Origin: Macrostomum lignano
Taxonomy: Eukaryota
Direction: 5' to 3'
Length of the DNA stretch: 64,000 nucleotides
NCBI GenBank assembly: GCA_002269645.1
Contig: NIVC01000089.1
Coordinates: forward strand, 496,001 to 560,000
Below the pieces are notes generated by a model. That model ran no database searches and had not been told where the DNA came from. It was given only the letters and a program-made list of their open reading frames with translations. A program made the position numbers and the translations under genes. Shown here piece by piece: positions 60,896 through 64,000 of the stretch. Position 1 is the first letter of the stretch. Each line of letters opens with the position of its first letter.

Positions 60896-62656
60896 ATGTC
60901 AGAAGCCGTCACCTGCAAAACCGGCGGCGCGCCCGACGCCGTCCGCCAGGTGGTGCTCGTTAGCGCGGTTCGAACTCCGGTCGGAAAGTTCATGGGCGCG
61001 CTGGCCGAAGTGCCGGCCCACGTCCTTGGCGCCCAGTGCATCCGAGAGGTCCTACGCCGGGCCAACGACCTGTCGCCGGCCGACGTTGACGAGGTGGTGC
61101 TGGGCCAGGTGCTCACCTCTGGGGCCGGGCAGAACCCGGCGAGACAGGCCGCCAAGCTGGCTGGAATACCTGTTGAGGTAACAGACTCACTTTTTCAGTT
61201 TTTAACCCACGATGGTTTGCTGCATCGAGGAATTGAACTTTAGGAAACAACACTTGGCATGATTTTTGCAGCAGTAATAGAGGCGCGCTACCAAGGTCAA
61301 GGACCTCTAAGATCGGGTATCTGGAATGCAACTACATGTAGATGTAGGTTTTTTCGCTTACAGAGATCTCTAGTCTAGTCTGATGCTCCGCCCCCTCTGC
61401 AGCTGGTCCTACACACCTGCCCCCTCTGCAGCTGGTGCCACACACCTGCCCCCTCTGCAGCTGGTGCCGCACACCTGCCCCCTCTGCAGCTGGTGCTGCA
61501 CACCTGCCCCCTCTGCAGCTGGTGCTGCACACCTGCCCCCTCTGCAGCTGGTGCTGCACACCTGCCCCCTCTGCAGCTGGTGCTGCACACCTGCCCCCTC
61601 TGCAGCTGGTGCCACACACCTGCCCCCTCTGCAGCTGGTGCCGCACACCTGCCCCCTCTGCAGCTGGTGCCACACACCTGCCCCCTCTGCAGCTGGTGCC
61701 GCACACCTGCCCCCTCTGCAGCTGGTGCCACAACACCTGCCCCCTCTGCAGCTGGTGCCACACACCTGCCCCCTCTGCAGCTGGTGCCACACACCTGCCC
61801 CCTCTGCAGCTGGTGCCGCACACCTGCCCCCTCTGCAGCTGGTGCCGCACACCTGCCCCCTCTGCAGCTGGTCCCGCACACCTGCCGATTCTGCATCGTC
61901 CCATATAACCATTATGCCTTTTTTATTATAGGCAGGGGGGTTGTGTGCACCATGGCGCACTTTAAGCGACATAGGCACACAACCGGCGAGGGGCATTACT
62001 GCCCATTCCGCCGACTCCCCTGAGCAGGCATACAAGCGCGCGGATACGTACGCAGGCACACACTCACACAGGAGTGTACAGCGGCCCTAACTTTATTTTA
62101 TCGTTAGGCATGTACACTTCACTGTGCCTTGGGGGGTTGGCTCTCAAGGCCGTTAATTGCACGAGCAGAGCCAAGCCGAGATTCCAATTCAGCCCCAAAT
62201 TAATGTGACTGCATTTGGAATCGAGCCTGGGTCGCTGGCACACCAGAGCCTGCGCTAGACCGCTGGGCTACGGCCGCACCATTATGCCATGGAGCTCGAT
62301 AATTAGCATCTGGACTTGAATTCCGTCCAGTTCTGAGTTGGTCAGCAAAAAAACTGTCCCGCTTACAGGTGCCAGCCCACCTGGTCAACATGCTGTGCGG
62401 CTCGGGCCTGCGCGCCGTTGTGACCGCCTGCCAGGCCATCCAGTGCGGCTCCTCCGATCTGGTTGTAGCCGGTGGCCAGGAGTCCATGAGCTTGGCGCCT
62501 CACCTGTTGCACATGCGTAGGCCGGTGAAATTCGGCGATCGGACTGCTCAGGATTCGCTTATGTGCGACGGCTTGACTGACGCATTCAGCTCCAAGCACA
62601 TGGGCGTCACGGCCGAGAATGTGGCCCGGCGATACGGAGTGAGCCGGCAGGACCAG
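60896..62656 (+). CDS. ACAT2: Acetyl-CoA acetyltransferase (thiolase), exons 1-2 only; join(60896-61177,62369-62656...), continues beyond the window
   Basis: VSAVRTPVGKF, GQVLTSGAGQNPARQA, VNMLCGSGL (catalytic Cys), AGGQESMS, DGLTDAF..HMGVTAE. No mitochondrial presequence, hence the cytosolic type (orthology is inferred). Confidence 0.88.
61390..61887. repeat. 29-bp minisatellite (~17 copies), thiolase intron 1
   Basis: Unit GCACACCTGCCCCCTCTGCAGCTGGTGCC. Confidence 0.95.
61910..62280 (-). mobile_element. tRNA-SINE family B, CpG-rich copy
   Basis: Minus-strand head GGTGCGGCCGTAGCCCAGCGG (A box)...GCTCGATTCC (B-box-like), followed by the body and an A-rich tail. Confidence 0.85.
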
Positions 62657-62734
62657 GTAGACTTTTGCTAATTATGTACTGATCCCAATGCCACATCCTT
62701 GATCCCATGCCACTCCTAGCTCGGGTGGTATCCT

Positions 62735-64000
62735 GTCCTGAATGACTGATCCTATCCCCCACCTGTCTCATCCTGAATGACTGATCCTATGCCCCACCTG
62801 TCTCATCCTGAATGACTGATCCTATGCCCCACCTGTCTCATCCTGAATGACTGATCCTATGCCCCACCTGTCTCATCCTGCATCCTTGATCCTATGCCCC
62901 ACCTGTCTCATCCTGGATACTTGATCCTATCCCCCACCTGTCTCATCCTGCATCCTTGATCCTATCCCCCACCTGTCTCATCCTGGATCCTTGATCCTAT
63001 CCCCACCTGTCTCATCCTGCATCCTTGATCCTATGCCCCACCTGTCTCATCCTGGATCCTTGATCCTATCCCCCACCTGTCTCATCCTGGATCCTTGATC
63101 CTATCCCCCACCTGTCTCATCCTGGATCCTTGATCCTATCCCCCACCTGTCTCATCCTGGATCCTTGATCCTATGCCCCACCTGTCTCATCCTGGATCCT
63201 TGATCCTATCCCCCACCTGTCTCATCCTGGATACTTGATCCTATGCCCCACCTGTCTCATCCTGGATCCTTGATCCTATCCCCCACCTGTCTCATCCTGG
63301 ATCCTTGATCCTATCCCCCACCTGTCTCATCCTGCATCCTTGATCCTATGCCCCACCTGTCTCATCCTGGATCCTTGATCCTATGCCCCACCTGTCTCAT
63401 CCTGGATCCTTGATCCTATCCCCCACCTGTCTCATCCTGGATCCTTGATCCTATCCCCCACCTGTCTCATCCTGCATCCTTGATCCTATGCCCCACCTGT
63501 CTCATCCTGGATCCTTGATCCTATCCCCCACCTGTCTCATCCTGAATCCTTGATCCTATGCCCCACCTGTCTCATCCTGGATCCTTGATCCTATCCCCCA
63601 CCTGTCTCATCCTGGATCCTTGATCCTATGCCCCACCTGTCTCATCCTGGATCCTTGATCCTATGCCCCACCTGTCTCATCCTGGATCCTTGATCCTATC
63701 CCCCACCTGTCTCATCCTGCATCCTTGATCCTATGCCCCACCTGTCTCATCCTGGATCCTTGATCCTATCCCCCACCTGTCTCATCCTGCATCCTTGATC
63801 CTATGCCCCACCTGTCTCATCCTGGATCCTTGATCCTATCCCCCACCTGTCTCATCCTGGATCCTTGATCCTATGCCCCACCTGTCTCATCCTGGATCCT
63901 TGATCCTATCCCCCACCTGTCTCATCCTGGATCCTTGATCCTATCCCCACCTGTCTCATCCTGGATCCTTGATCCTATGCCCCACCTGTCTCATCCTGAA
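62735..64000. repeat. 35-bp minisatellite, thiolase intron 2, runs off the window
   Basis: Unit CCTTGATCCTATCCCCCACCTGTCTCATCCTGGAT. Confidence 0.97.

Noticed and set aside
61332-62059. Cys-rich repeat ORFs
   Set aside because: 29-bp minisatellite read in cycling frames
10576-64000. Recurrence of 35-bp length in three arrays and the cruciform arms
   Set aside because: The sequences are unrelated and other unit sizes (22-33 bp) are as common; likely coincidence

Overview
Eukaryotic, intron-containing animal DNA. GC-rich exons with poly-Q/G/A runs, minisatellite-filled introns and AT-rich spacers suggest the flatworm Macrostomum lignano; this is inferred from sequence style, not from a search. 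Four host genes can be reconstructed from GT-AG junctions: SCYL2 (+, 9 exons, 11037-18811), a DEG/ENaC channel (-, 3 exons, 41960-35414), a TMBIM/Lifeguard gene (+, 2 exons, 56756-58378) and the first two exons of a thiolase/ACAT (+, from 60896). The rest is mostly mobile DNA: a near-intact LOA-type LINE with a 10-bp TSD, two tRNA-SINE families (one with a CORE-like domain), a MULE pseudogene, hAT-, Harbinger- and foldback-type MITEs and several Crypton-like tyrosine-recombinase relics. Two observations stand out. (1) A Crypton nest at about 21-34 kb in which one motif, GTCTATGG/CCATAGAC, recurs once per unit in the 165-bp, 35-bp and 105-bp repeats and clusters at the junctions of a 2.75-kb triplication, suggesting recombinase-built satellites. 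(2) A 295-bp MITE with an 8-bp TSD carrying the 28S rRNA H69-H71 segment (the R2/I-PpoI target) with the cleavage core rewritten. Protein family calls rest on motifs recognised by eye; no alignments or searches were run.
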